Source: Gekko japonicus (taxonomy: Eukaryota). From it: a DNA stretch of 64,000 nt. Where the stretch lies: assembly GCF_001447785.1 (NCBI RefSeq), contig NW_015168688.1, forward strand, positions 319,413 through 383,412. Reading direction: 5' to 3'. The position numbers and the translations under genes are program-made. Of the stretch, positions 25,388 through 38,816 are shown piece by piece. Within the stretch, counting starts at the first letter, position 1, and each line of letters opens with the position of its first letter. The notes beneath the pieces are model-generated. The model saw only the letters and a list, made by a program, of their open reading frames with translations, did no database searches and was not told the origin of the DNA.

Positions 25388-25832
25388 GGTCCCTGCCACA
25401 CGGCAGGGAAAACACTGGCTAAAGTGCGGCAAATTAGAGCCGCACCAAAATAGAGACGCCACAGCGGGATCCCACGGATCCCCTTAGATGCGGCGCCGTT
25501 GCTCCCCGGCACGATCAGATGCCGGGGAGGAAGCCACAGTCAGGAGGGGGAGGCTGCCGAACTGCGCATGCCTGAGCATGCGCAGTTTGGGCTGGAGCCG
25601 GAGATGCGCCGGCGAAAGGACGCGCCGGCGATCCCACGGACGGCTTTGATGCGGCCGTCTCGGATGAACCACCACGGTAGGTGGTTCATTTTTGCAGCTG
25701 AGTTTTGGGTGGAAGGGGCGGATTGGGGATGGAAGCAGCACGCTTCCCAGATGTTGCTGTGGGATCGCGCCCATTTGCTGTGCCCCCGATCCGTCCCTCT
25801 ACCGGCCCAAAACCTCTCGTGTGACCGGGGCC
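25388..25832. mobile_element. PIF/Harbinger-like MITE, CpG-rich
   Basis: Imperfect TIRs GGTCCCTGCCACACG / CGTGTGACCGGGGCC flanked by a 3-bp TGA duplication; internal hairpins. Confidence 0.78.
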
Positions 25833-26401
25833 TGATATTCCCAAACATTCTCACATTCAAATCCCCACTTCTGCCATGGAAGCCCACTGGGTGACCTTGG
25901 CCCCTTGCATAATTTTAGATGAATGGGGATGGGAGGAACCAGCCCAGGCCAATGAGAGCTTTTCTCCAATCCTCAGTACTTCTAGGTTACATGAGTGAGG
26001 TAGAAATAGTCAAGACAGCATGGCATCCCACTGGTTATTTAAAGAGGGCCCAGAAGCAAGTAAGTCAGATATACTGTAGCTGATCCTGATTAGAACCCTG
26101 GGGAGCAAGAGTCAGTAGGGTGGATGAGGAGGAGGATCTTGAGGTTGCAACCTCCCCCCTCTTCTTACTGAGACCTAGCAGTGGTAGGAGCAGTTGCCAC
26201 TGAGGGGCAAGCAGTGGGCCAGGGCCAAGATAAGCCCCATGGTGGGCGTGAGCCTGGCCCTGCTGAGTCCTCCTTCAAATACCAAAACAGTCCTGCCTCT
26301 TTCACTACAATTTAGTGAGAGAAATCAAAGCTTGAAGGCTGACAATACAGTGTGGTTGCCTAGGAAGGACCATTAAGGACATTTGTTTCTTAAAGCTACA
26401 G

Positions 26402-26909
26402 TGTCAGACTTGGGCCTGCATTAGAATTTATTCATGTTATATTGCTAATGTTGGTTGGTTGGTTGTATTGCTAATGTTTGTATTCTTGCTTGCTCAGGGC
26501 ACATCTGGCTTTTCTCTTCGTTTCTTATCTCATGCCCTCACTGCCATGAGATTCCTGGGGAGGGGAGTGTGTGAGAGGCTGATTGTTGTAGTGTTAGTGA
26601 TGCACTGCCATAAGTGTAACTCTTCTTGAAGCTGTCCCCAAGGAGCGCCTGGGTTTTCACACGGGAGTGATCTTGGGCGAAGATAAGACTTTGGGAATAG
26701 CTAGTTCGGTCTTATATCTATCAAGACCATTAGTAAAACTGGTGTGTGTGATATATGTGTGGAATGTGGGCATTCACCTTTACTTTCCATCTCCCACCCT
26801 GGACTCACCAGTCCTAACAAGTACTTTTACCTCTGCAGTTGACCAAATCTTTCCAATAAACTTCTTTAAGTAAAATTGAATGAAGAATGGTCTCACTGAG
26901 AGTCTGACA
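26402..26909 (+). mobile_element. Solo LTR (508 bp)
   Basis: Perfect 9-bp terminal inverted repeat TGTCAGACT...AGTCTGACA; AATAAA ~50 bp before the end; TSD not clear. Confidence 0.65.
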
Positions 26910-27038
26910 TAGTCAGTCTTTTACTAATACTCATAGATCAACAGATCGTAAGCAAACAGGGGAAAATATATTACTATAGAGGCAATGTAAGAGACACAAG
27001 AATACAAAAAAAAAATTACATTAAAAAGTAATGCCATT

Positions 27039-27487
27039 AAGAAGAAGAAGAAGAGATTGGATTTATACCCCGCCCTTCACAACCCAAAGGTGTCTCAGAG
27101 TGGCTTACAAACTCCTTTCCCTTCCCCTCCCCACAACAGACACCCTGTGAGGCATAGGCGTAATCTTCGTGGGGGCGGCGGGGCTTCAGCCCCCGCCGAA
27201 ATTTTCAGGAAGGTACTCAGCCTCCCCCGGGAGCCACCCTTGCTCCTAGCACAGCAATGCCTCTGGCCCAGCCCCAGCCCCCCCCCGGGAAATTGGAAAG
27301 TCTACACCCTTGCTGTGAGGTAGGTGGGGCTGAGAGAGCTCTTGACAGAAACTGATCTTTTTTCAAGAACAGCTCTTATCAGAACTATGGCTTGCCCAAG
27401 GTCATCCAGCCGGGGGCAAGTAGAGGAGTGCGGAATCAAACCTGGTTCTCCCAGATTAGAGTCCGCGCACTTAACCACTACACCAAA
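27039..27487 (-). mobile_element. Squam3-like SINE interrupted by a hAT MITE
   Basis: SINE halves join when 27153-27312 and one TSD copy are removed. Confidence 0.9.
27153..27312. mobile_element. 160-bp hAT MITE
   Basis: TIR CATAGGCGTA/TACACCCTTG; perfect 8-bp TSD CTGTGAGG (27145-27152/27313-27320). Confidence 0.9.
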
Positions 27488-27489
27488 CA

Positions 27490-28030
27490 AATGCCATGGA
27501 CAAAATTTTTGCAACTGCAAGAGTTACATATCTGCTAGTAACTTAGCTACAACCTCTTGTTTTGCAACAGAACTCCATTGTTGAATATAGATTGTGATCC
27601 ATTTGTCATGCGCCAAATTGTATTTGTTGCAATCAGTAAAGAAGCCCCAGATGGTATCTAAATCCCAGGATTTGCAATCACGAAGCCCCTCAGAGAAAGG
27701 AATTCCTAAGAACCTGCCTGCTAGTTCCCCTAGTGGCAGGACATTTAGTCTTGCTTTGAAGAATAGAACTCTGTATTTGGGAACCGTTAAAAACTTATGG
27801 TAAGCAGGTACAGTCTTTGGAATTGAAAGACCCAAGTAATGCAGGGAACATAACCTTCAAGCTCTACAGCCAGTACTCCATTTATCAAAATGTAGGATGC
27901 TAGTTTTGATCAACTTGCATGCAGAAAGATATTCCATTTGGTTAAAGAGCTTAAGGGAAAAGCCCATTTGCTGTAACCTATCATCAACTAATTTTAACCA
28001 TGAACTTCGAAAGCCATCCTTAACTAGGTG
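27490..28030 (-). mobile_element. LINE ORF2 C-terminal fragment (RTE-X-like)
   Basis: LTVPKYRVLFFKARLNVLPL...GRFLGIPFSE peptide resembles the C-terminal domain of such LINEs. Confidence 0.55.
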
Positions 28031-28969
28031 GTACTTTCTTATAGGTGCTGCTTCTATTTTGGGGGGGGGGAGGGTGTTAACCCCTCAATGTTGGTGTTTT
28101 TAGATTTTTATGCAAACCTAGGGTGATTTTCAGATCTATAGAAAGATCTTTCTTGTCTGTTTATGGCTCCAGTCTCAGGATTTAAGTATCCACAGTTCTG
28201 GCCACATTGAAAATTAGATATATTGCTGTAATATATCTTGCTCAATGGTATAAAAGAAAGCAGAGTATATTTTGGAAATAATTTGTTAGGCAGAAGTAAG
28301 GTGCTCTTTAAGTAGCTTTATGTCCACTTTTGCCCTTCCAAGAAAAAAAAGTCATAAAAACAGAACTGTCCTTCAGCAAACCGGGTTTTGAATACCAGTC
28401 CTATTATATTTCTACAATACTGAGAAATTAAATTGTCTGTATCTTGTGCTTTTGGCTAGGACTGTTGGCAAACTTCTTCCATCTATTTTTATTGTCTAAG
28501 ACACCAGCTGGTAAACTAAGTCTATTTCAGTTCTTATACATTATTGCCACCTATTGGCAAAGCCTGCAGACTACAGAGCTCTAACTTAACTGTACTTAAG
28601 GATCTGAACTGTTTATTCTAGTTTTTATCAGATGACTTTTTAAATTGATATTACTTGTACAGCATTTGAAGAAAAATTTGCAACATGTATTTTTGAGTTC
28701 AAAAACAGAACACAAGGATTTTAACTAATTTCTATGAGCCAAGCACAAAGGTCAGGAACTGAACTGTCAGTGCATACCTTAAAAGCAAGCAAGCAAGTAA
28801 GCAAACCCCCAAACGCTTACAGTGGAGCTATTTGCAAAAACATTTAATATTTCTATATAGAGCACACAAACATTCTGGGATGCCTGCAGATAATGTTGCT
28901 TTTTTAATGCTGCACCATTGCAAAGCAGGTAGCAGGTAATCTGGCATTCTTTTAAATTAATTTTATTAA

Positions 28970-29520
28970 AATTTATTTATTTATTTATATTTATTTGTTT
29001 ATTAGGCTTATATCCCACCCTTCCACATGGGCTCAGGGCGGCTAACAAGAGGCAATTGCCATACATAACACTGAAACCAGATAAAACAATCAATTCCATT
29101 TTACATTTAAAATCGGTGCTCACAGCAATATATCATCCAAGACGGGGACTCCAATACAATGTTTCAGAGGTTCTACTGTCTCTTCTTGATCAGTCTGCAC
29201 TCTGTCCGTTCTCCATTCCCAAGGCCAGTTCGCATTGCCAAAGATGGCAATGTGGTGGTGGTACAGTGATGGTGGCGGCTCCTACTAAAAACCTGGTGGA
29301 AGAGCTCCGTCTTGCAGGCCCTGCGGAACTGCATAAGGTCCCGCAGGGCCCTGATCTCCTCCGGGAGCTCGTTCCACCAGATAGGAGCCGCCACTGAAAA
29401 AGCCCTGGCCCTAGTCGCAGCATATTTGACATCTCTAGGGGCTGGGACAGCCAGACAATGTTTTGCCCACGACCGTAGTGCCCTTGGGGGAACATATGGG
29501 GAAAGGCGGTCCCTTAAAAT
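28970..29520 (-). mobile_element. L2 LINE 3' fragment
   Basis: LRDRLSPYVPPRALRS...RARAFSVAAPIWWNELPEEIR; (TAAA)n tail. Confidence 0.88.
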
Positions 29521-29967
29521 GCAACAATATATAATCAGAACCAAGTACGCAGAGGAAACAACAAGTCTAGTTCACAAATTAAAAACAAATGGAGGAGATT
29601 GTACACAGTTACAGCTCATCATCCAGCATTCATGGTGCTCTCTACATTTGGGGTCTTCAGTTTTGACTGCCCCTCCTTCATTCTCTACCCACTGCACTGC
29701 ATATGGGCCAATGCAGTGCAATTTCTCCCCTAATTCTTGATGTCAGTGTTTTCTGTATTATATTTTACTTACTTCATTACAGTCTGCCTTTCTTGCTGAG
29801 ACTCAAGATGGTTTACAAAAATAGAAAACAATGCAATAAATCAGTGTAATACATTAAACAAACAATGCAACAAAACTGGATTACAAGAATTAGAAAACAA
29901 TGCAATAAAAACAGGATGAAATAAATGAAACTGCCTACTTTGACTTGTGTCTTTTCTTGGTTTGATG

Positions 29968-30841
29968 CAGGGGTCTTTTGGGGCCAGAGTGCACTGGAGC
30001 GCCACTCTGGCAGCCCAGCAGCCGGTGCAAATGGTAGCGTGGCAAGCCCTGCCCCCAGCTCCCAGCGCTGAAGCACTGGGGCCAGGGGGAGACCCGAAGA
30101 GCCATGCCGCAGGGTCCCCCAGGCCCGCGCAGGAGCGCTGGGGCCGGGGGCAGGCCCGGAGAGCGCCACAGCCGGGTCCCCCAGGCCCACGCAGGAGTGC
30201 TGGAGCCGGGGGAAGCCTGGAGAGCCCCACAGCTGGGTCCCCCAGGCCCACACAGGAGTGCTGGGGCCGGGGGCAGGCCTGGAGAGCCATGCCGCTGGGT
30301 CCCCCGGGCCCACGCTGGGGTTGCAGGAAGCCCAGAGAGCGCTGCAGCTGGGTTCTCCAGGCCTGTGCAAGAGCGCTGGGGCAGGGGGAATCCCAGAGAG
30401 CCCCGCAGCCGGGTCCCCCGGGCCCACGCCAAAGCATAAGTAAGGCATCCACGGGGGTGGGGGGCTTGATGGGGGTGGGAGAGCCTCCCTCCCTCCATCT
30501 CTTTGCCATCTTTCCCTCCTTTCCTTTTCTTTCTTTCATTCCCTCCTTTCCTTCTCTTCTTTTCCTCTTTCTTTCCCTCCTTCTTCCCCTCTGTCTCTTT
30601 CTTTCCCTCCTTCTTTCCTTCTCTTTCTTTCCCTCTTTCCTTCTCTCTATTCTCTCTCTTTCCTTCCCTCTTTCCTCTTTCTGTGGCCCAACTGTAGTTT
30701 AAACCCCTTCGCTCCCCCCCCAGGCCCCCTTTTGCTTCCCCTACTGTCAGGGGGTGTGGCATATGCTAATAGCTTAGTAGCTCATTAGCATACCATATGC
30801 TAATGAGCTCATGCAGCTCTTATTCTACGAAAAGACCCCTG
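29968..30841. mobile_element. Non-autonomous hAT element carrying a GC-rich minisatellite and a pyrimidine tract
   Basis: TIR CAGGGGTCTTTT/AAAAGACCCCTG; perfect 8-bp TSD GTTTGATG (29960-29967/30842-30849). Confidence 0.92.
30070..30430. repeat. ~61-62-bp GC-rich minisatellite, about 6 copies
   Basis: Unit approximately AGGAGYGCTGGGGCCGGGGGCAGGCCYGGAGAGC...GGGTCCCCCAGGCCCACGC, starting at ~30131, 30193 and 30254 among others. Confidence 0.9.
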
Positions 30842-32309
30842 GTTTGATGACTATATGAGCAACAGATTTTGACTTTTACAGTGGTCTTCAAGTAAAGAGC
30901 AGCTGTCAGATATGATGCCCCTCCTTGCCTACTCATAGCTGAGCTCAGGCTCAGATCTGTGAGTGTTATTTGGTTTAAGGCTGGAATTCCCAGCTCAAGT
31001 CACTCTGAGGATCACTTTTACATTTTTATTAATTAATTGCTACATGAACTGTCTGTAGAAACCATTTTGTCATATTTTAGCCCACAGGCGATTAACTTGT
31101 CCTTTCTGTCCTTTCTATTCAAACTTTGTAATTCACTTTCTTTTTTTCACACAACCAAAAATTTCTGACTCCAGTCTCAGTTAACCCTTCCTCTTTTTCT
31201 TCCCTTCCCATATTACACACTGTTTTGGCATTTCAGAGCATGCACTCTCTCTCTCTCTCTCTCTGCACCATCTCTTTTGTGGGTGAGATAGTGGTGGAAA
31301 TTAGGGGTGTCATTTGGATACATCGGAGATGAAAATATACCCCAATACACCTTATCAGTTTTTTGGGTATATTTGGCATCCCAAATACATCTCGGAATTT
31401 TTCAGAAAACTGAAAAAAAAAAAGGTTCTAAAAAATCCCAGAAATATTTAGGAATTACCAGGAAGATTGGGAGCCAGCATCTGCAGGCTTCCAGGGACTG
31501 TTTTCCCTCTCTTTTCCTCGCCCACTCCTTTGTTTGTGTATCTGAGGGGAGAGGTTTCTATGGGCTTCCCAGGGTGCTTTTGTCGTCATCCTCGTCTTCA
31601 TCTTCTTCTTCTCCTCCTCCTCCTCCCAGGGTTTGTTTTTATTTGGTTTGAGTTCAAGGGAACAAAATGAAGCTTGCAAGCTGCCAACTGGCTGAGTGAA
31701 TTTCACCAGCCCATCTACATACAATCTTTCAGAAGCTGAGAGGTTGATGAGCCACTTCCAGGCCTACCTCAGAACCAGTCCCTTCCCCACTGCAGCTCTT
31801 GGAATGTATTTTGCCTGCTCTTCTTTCCTCTTACAGGAGTGATGTACCAAAGGTCATTCCCCACGTGCGAGGGCCAAAGTCCCTGCACCAATGGCAAGAA
31901 GGTCCAGCACTTGTCTCTCATTAGCACCTCAGTTTCTTTTTTATGTATACTTTTTCTTTTCATTTTTCTATCTTATTTTCTCAATAAAAACTTAAAATTT
32001 CAGTTTTTATTGAGAAAATAAAATAGAGAAAAAAGAAAAGAAAAAACATGCATAAAATAGAAGGCTTCTGATTTTCTCTACAACAAATATGTTTGATTAC
32101 AAAGTTTTTCTTTGCTGTATATATATAGAACTCTCTCTTTTTTGTATCTTAATCATCAAACCCACAAATCATCAAGTGATTATTGTCTTTTTCCTGCAAA
32201 AATCTATAAGGGGTTTTCAATCTGTAATAAACAAACTGTCTTTTCCCTAACCAATGCAGTAAGTTTAGCGATTGCTGCATGGTCCAACATCTTCTCCAAC
32301 CATTCTTGA

Positions 32310-33330
32310 AAGCCTGGCCTCCTTAATACTTGGGAGGACCAGCCGGCTCTGGATCCCTGATCACAGCGCTCTCTGGGGTACATATGGGTAAAGGCGGTCC
32401 TTCAGGTATGCAGGTCCCAGGCCATAAAGGGCTTTAAAGGTAAGAACCAGCACCTTGAAGTGGATCCGGTAAGCTATAGGCAGTCAGTGCAATGCCTGTA
32501 GCACAGGCTGGATATGCTCTCGAGTAGGAAGTCTCATCAACAGCCTGACCGTGGCATTTTGCACCAGTTGCAGCTTCTGGATTTGTGACAAGGGCAGCCC
32601 CATGTAGAAGGCATTACAGTAATCCAATCTTGAGGTGACCATCACGTGGATCACTGTTGCAGGTTGTAGCATTCAAGGAAGGGAACCAACTGTCTAATCA
32701 GCTGGAGGTGGTAAAAGACCGACTTGGTAGTGGCTGCTATCTGGGCCTCCATTGTTAGAGAGGCATCCAGGAGCACTCCCAGACTCCTAACCTCCGGCGC
32801 AGGTACCAATGGTGCCCCCCATTGAAGGTTGGGAGTGGGATCCCTACCCTCGGACCGCCGCAGCTCAGGCACAGGACCTCTGTCTTCATCAGATTCAATT
32901 TCAGCCTGCTCAGCCTAAGCCAACCAGCCACAGCCTCTAACGCTCAGCCAAGGTCTTCCGGTTTGGAGTCGGACTGGCTGTCCAACAACAGATAGAGCTG
33001 GGTGTCATCTGCATACTGGTGACAACTAGGGATCTGCATTTGGTTCATCTGAACCGAATGCACCCCCGAAAACAGCCCATTCGGGTCCCTTTCGGGCTGC
33101 TGGGGGCCGATTCAGATTCTCCCGAAGCCACCCTGAAAATTTGGAGCCTCCCCGGACTGGAAGGGATTTACAATGGAAGCGTCATCCAGAAAGCCCTGTA
33201 ACTGAGTTGCCACTGCCCTCTCTATTATCTTGCCCAAATAGGGCAAGTTGGAAACCGACCAATAGTTGGCCAATTCGGTGGGATCCAGAGATGGCTTTTT
33301 CAGAAGGGGGTGCACCACTGCCTTTTCTGT
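32310..33330 (-). mobile_element. L2 LINE ORF2 fragments with internal deletion and an inserted MITE fragment (~33028-33150)
   Basis: KKPSLDPTELANY.VSNLPYLGKIIERAV, YADDTQLY, VTSRLDYCNAFYMGLP. Confidence 0.85.
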
Positions 33331-33794
33331 GACTAGGAAAATGGGTTCATGGTGCAGATTATTTTTTAAGTGCAAAACTCATGCTACTTTTACAGTATAA
33401 TCCGAAGAACATTTCCCTGGGAGTAAACCCCATCAAATAACTTTGGCTGGCCTTGGAGCTGTGAGAGCAGATATTCTTTGACTTTACTGATCAGTAAATC
33501 ATTGTGGTTTTAAGGAGGTGGTATCATAGCACCACCCCCAAACACATTTCTAAGGAGACAAAAATAAGGCCAACATATACCAAATAAGGCCAACATAAAC
33601 ATGCTGAATATTTATAATCCTGGGGTCATTCCAAACACCTAGTCTTCTGGACGATTCCCATTACTATAACTGATCTGTTCTTATATTTTAGTGCAGGGGC
33701 TGTTCAGTAGTTTTTAAATGGGATGTCATTTGTAGATATTATGTTGTATTTATGTTGTATTTGTACATGGCTCTGAGCCCTTTCAAGTTATGTA

Positions 33795-34129
33795 AGGTAA
33801 AGGTTTCCCTTGCTTGAAAGACAGTCGAATCCGACTTTACGGATGCAGTGCTCATCTCCGTTTCCAAGCTGAAGAGCCAGCGCTGTCCAAAGAGGTTTCC
33901 GTGGTCATGTGGTCGGCATGACTAGACACCGAGGTGCACGGAACGCTGTTACCTTCCCACTGAAGTGGTACCTATTTATCTACTTGCAATTTCTTGCTTT
34001 TGAACTGCTAGGTTGGTAGGAGCTGGGCGCTCACTCCATCATGCGGCACTTGGGTCTCGAACTGCTGAACTACCAACCTTCCGGTCCGCAGTTCAGTGTT
34101 TTAACCACTTGAGCCACTGCAGCCCAGGG
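33795..34129 (-). mobile_element. Sauria SINE (Squam1)
   Basis: Reverse complement of the family; 12-bp TSD TCAAGTTATGTA (33783-33794/34130-34141). Confidence 0.92.
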
Positions 34130-34589
34130 TCAAGTTATGTAGTGAAGCATAAATTCAAAGAAATGAAGTGTTGACCTATACTTGACAAACTAAGATCTCT
34201 GTCATGCTTCTGATTTTTAAGATTTCACTAAGTTACATTTTTACTAACAGCAACATGTTTTCGAAATCTGAGCATCCCAGGCTATAGTCTATACTCTATA
34301 GCTCACTCTTAGAGTCATGTAAATTTCTGCAATATCATAAAATACAACTCATCACCCATGGGAAAAGGAACTCGTGGGATCCTATCACAGTTTGTTTGTA
34401 GGGTCAGTGTCAACATCTTTATACAGTACATGATTATTTACAGAATATGTTACTTTCAGTCTCTGTTATCTCTGTTAACCCAGGAAAATAAATTGCTATT
34501 AGACTAATAAGTTAACTATTGCTGAAAATAGTAACTTTTTAGCCAAAATACGTAAAACAGTAGCTGGAATCAAATAAATATTCATTAAC

Positions 34590-37104
34590 AGGAAAATAGT
34601 CTGATTTTTATTTTTCACATTATCAAGTACACATTACAATGTCACACATCCCTATATATGAGTCTTATGGAATTTGTTCTCTTTTTCATTTTTACAAAGT
34701 GTACAGAGGGTGGGACATAGTATTTAATAGACATTTTAACAGAACAATTATTTATATTATGTCCTTTTTTTAAAAGTACCATTTAAAACATGGAACTGAA
34801 ACATCAATTTTATCGCATTGGCTAATTAAAAATAGCCTGTAACAAATGTCAGTACATTAACAATAACTACACTTTTTATTTGCTCTTTATACAGACACAT
34901 TGTACAAAATCCACTGGACTAAACTCTTAATTTTTTTGTTAAGTTTCAAAAATTATGCTCCAAAACAATGTTTATGATTGCAGGCGATACTGAAGGGAAA
35001 GGAAATTGTCAAGTTTTTGTGTTCTTAATTGTAATTACTCAAGAAAACAATTTTTAAAAATAGGTAATACTTTTGAGCAAGAATCTGGGGATTTCAGACC
35101 TAAAAGATTTTAATAGATTTTAAATTATTTGAGAGCAGATGACATTCAGAAATTTGGGCAAAACTTCATTGAAAACAAGAGGCACACATATTTCATCAGC
35201 TAATGGCTGGATCTTGAGAACTCCTGCATCAGAGAGTGCAAGTGCTTGAAGGAGCAAGCTTTTAAGGCCTCAATCTAACCACACAGTCACCACAATACCA
35301 AACATTTGGAGGGCTCTATACAACTCCATGGGAGCTGCTTAATTTACTACAATATCAAGAAATGCTCCATGCCCCAATGCACATTGCTACTGCTGGATCA
35401 AAGGTCTTGAGCATGATGTATCTTAGATTTCTCCAACTTTTCCAGTTTTATGAACATGCACCATACATGCTGAAAGCTCAGAAACTGTTTCACATAAATA
35501 TGGCATAGCAGAGAAAGCTTTCACTTTGCACAAATTTAGACATTCATGTTAGGTTTACATATGGCTATCTGAACTACTTTTTCTATTTTTCTAATTAACC
35601 AGCTAGGAAATACTGGCATATTAGAAGGAATGGACATACTGTATCACCTGGCCTTGTAGCATAGGACATGACAGCTGATTTATTGGGGGAAATGGTGTTT
35701 CTTATGACATGAAAAGTGAGGAAGCGATGGTGTGAAAACTGCACTTTTGGATCTTGCATCTCACTTTCATTATACTTGACCAGTGCACCAAAGCAGAGAT
35801 GAAAAATGCAAATATACAAAACACCACATGAAAGTTGAAATCCATTACAATGTGCCCTGGAAGTCAAATTTTGAATTTTGTACATTAATGGACTACTTCC
35901 ATGCCATGAAAGAGACTGCTGCAGCTTTGCCTCAGTAGCTTTCAGGCAATAGCTCAAGTGGTAACTGAAACTGAAACATCCTTCTAGAAGTGTATAACTG
36001 ATAGCAAGAAGAATGGGGCAAATGCTTGATAAATTACAGGTTTGAAGAACTGCTCACTCCTTACAAATTATTCTGTTAAGAGACATTTGGTATTCCTAAA
36101 AAAGTAATAGTGGTAACATAAGAAAAGCTGCAGGAAAACAAAGGCTTCATGAAAACACATCTGCTTCTATTCTTTACTTGCCCATCTGACGTTGTCCTTC
36201 TAAATAGCATATAATTAAAAATTATCTAAGACTGTTGGTGGATAGTTTAAAAAGCAATTTACCAAATATTTCAAAATGTTTCACAGAATCTTGTAAAAAT
36301 GCATTTAATTTGGGATAAACTTAGCAACAGTCAACTGGGCAATCTATCCTGTCAACAACTGAAACAAATGTCTATCTACAACGAGTCGGTAACAAGTTTC
36401 AAAATGCAAATACATTTTTAACACAGAACCAAAGGCAGAGAAGCATACAATTAATACTTAGAGAGTAAGTGCCTCAAGTTTTCCTTTAAAATTCACACCT
36501 ATTGAAAGAGAATGCTCCCGGCAACCAATTCCTTACTCATTGTGGAAATATTAAATACTATGTAAAATAACCTCAAATAATGGAAAGTGGTACTGTTATG
36601 GTGCATAACTACTCAAATGAATATTAACATGTCACACGTTCTTTAAATGAGATAGTTAAATGGGTCCTATGATACAATGCTGTCTCTTGACATTAATTTC
36701 TCCCAGATTATTTTATGCACATCTATGACATCTTTATTAAGAGCAAATTAAAAACCTTTTTAACCCATGACAAAACTGAATTAGTATTGCCACTATGAAC
36801 CACGTCAGTAAGGTAAATATTTCAGAGAATATGGTTGAAAAATGCAGTATGAGACAGGGTTTACTTTATTCAATGCAACTTTATTGTTGCCATCCTTCCT
36901 CTTTTATTAAACAAACAGAAGAGAATTCAGAACACACTAATGAACAAAATGTATAAAAGTCAACTAGAAGCAATAATCCTATCTGTATACAGCACTAAAA
37001 TCAAATGCACAGTATTGTGTTTGTGTGATCCTCTTTAAAATACGACTGTCTAGAGAGCAACATTTTACACACCATCCCCAAATTTATAACATCTGGAGGA
37101 GTCC
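34590..37104 (-). other. ZFX: ZFX 3' UTR (approximate) with candidate polyA signals
   Basis: AT-rich stretch with no recognisable repeats after the stop codon; AATAAA on the minus strand at 34607-34612 and 34875-34880. Confidence 0.6.
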
Positions 37105-38291
37105 TCATGGCAAGCCAACATCTTTATGGTGTCTCAGAATGTGTTGGTTTTTCTCTGAGGGTCTTCGGAAACCTTTCTTACAGAAGTCACAACGATGGGG
37201 ATAGTCTTTTGTATGAATGGAAATAACATGCCGTTTGAAACCTGAGGCGTCTGTAGTGCTATACTCACAGTACTCACACTGATAAACTTTTCTACCACTG
37301 TGTGTTTTCATGTGTTTTTTGAGTTCTATTTGTAGCTTGAACCCCTTCTTACATCTCTTGCATCTGAACGGAAGATCTTTTGTGTGAACTGAGAGAATAT
37401 GGCGGCTTAGCACAAACGGATCTGCAATCTTAAAGTCACAATGTCTGCACTGGTGCAATTTTTTGCCTTTGTGCACAGCAACATGTTTTTTCAGTTCTGA
37501 TGGCCTATGAAAGCCTTTGTCACACATGTCACACTTATGGGGGTACTCTTTTGTATGAACGGAAATTATGTGCCGTTTTAAGTCACTTGAGTTTGAGCTT
37601 TTGTGGTCACAGTGCAGACATTGATGCGTTTTGCTTTCTTGATGCATAATGATGTGCTGTTGCAGCTCTTTGGTATCTGAAAATATCTGAAAACAAATGT
37701 CACATTTGAAAGGCATTTCCTTACTGTGCCTAGTCTTTACATGAGTTTTCAGGTTGGAAGAGTCAGCAGACCTGTACTCGCAGTACTGGCACTGGTAGGG
37801 TTTTTCACCAGTGTGGATTCGCATGTGTTTCTTGAGCTCTGATGGATGCCGAAATCCTTTGCCACATTCCACGCAAATATGAGGAAAGTTCTTGCTGTGT
37901 ACAGCCAGAAGATGACGATTCAGTAATCCCTGCTCTGCTGTCTCATACTCACAAAATTTGCACTTGTACATTTTATTTGCTGCCTTGTCCCTGTGCATTA
38001 TTTTGTGAGTAAACAAAGCTCCTGCATGAGAGAAACTTTTCCCACATTCATCACATTCAATTAACTTCTCAGTTTTGTTGGTAAGCTTGTGGCTCTCCAG
38101 ATGGTTATGCAAACTTAACTTTTTATTTGTAGTGTAATCACAGTCAGTGCATCGGTATTTTTTCTTGGCAAGAAGGTGCTCAGGGTGATTTTTCATGTGC
38201 CTTTTCAAGAAGCCCCTGGATTTAAACTTCTTGCCACAAATCATACAGGGGTAGACTGTCAAAGGATGCCCATCAGGCCCAATTATTATTG
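37105..38291 (-). CDS. ZFX: ZFX/ZFY-family coding exon 7: 13 C2H2 zinc fingers and stop
   Basis: [36 protein letters not shown]...[15 protein letters not shown]; acceptor tgcag|C. Confidence 0.98.
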
Positions 38292-38537
38292 CTGCAGAAT
38301 AAAAGCAAACAGAGGATCATGAACATGGCACCCAAGAAATTCAACAGATGTCTTCTAATTTGTGTGCTACAAGCCATGGGAAAGTACAAGTTATGCACAT
38401 CAAAATCCCATTCCTTTCTGTGAGAAAATTAAGAGTATGCTAAAACACACTGAAATCAGTAGAAAGAAATTAAATACCCTTAACATTTGTGCCCTTCCAG
38501 TGCTGAATCAGTTATGTTATATTCACAGCAATAATAT

Positions 38538-38816
38538 GAAGAAGAAGAGGAGATTGGATTTATACCCCGCCCTTCACTTGGGAGTCTCAGAGCGGCTTAC
38601 AAACTCCTTTCCCTCCCCCTCCCCACAACAGACACCCTGTGAGGTGGGTGGGGCTGAGAGAACTCTGACACAAACTGCTCTTTTTCAAGGACAGCTGTGC
38701 CAGAGCTTGTGACTGACCCAAGGTCACATCAGCAGGTGCATGTGGAGGAGTGGGGAATCAAACCCGGTTCTCCCAGATTAGAGTCCGCACACTTAACCAC
38801 TACACCAAACTGGCTT
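38538..38816 (-). mobile_element. Squam3-like SINE in last ZFX intron
   Basis: Family match. Confidence 0.9.

Noticed and set aside
30070-30430. Regularly spaced repeats as a possible CRISPR-like array
   Set aside because: Tandem degenerate units without unique spacers; vertebrate DNA; no cas genes
29813-30762. Several 200-275 aa ORFs on both strands
   Set aside because: Produced by the stop-poor GC minisatellite and pyrimidine tract inside a hAT element
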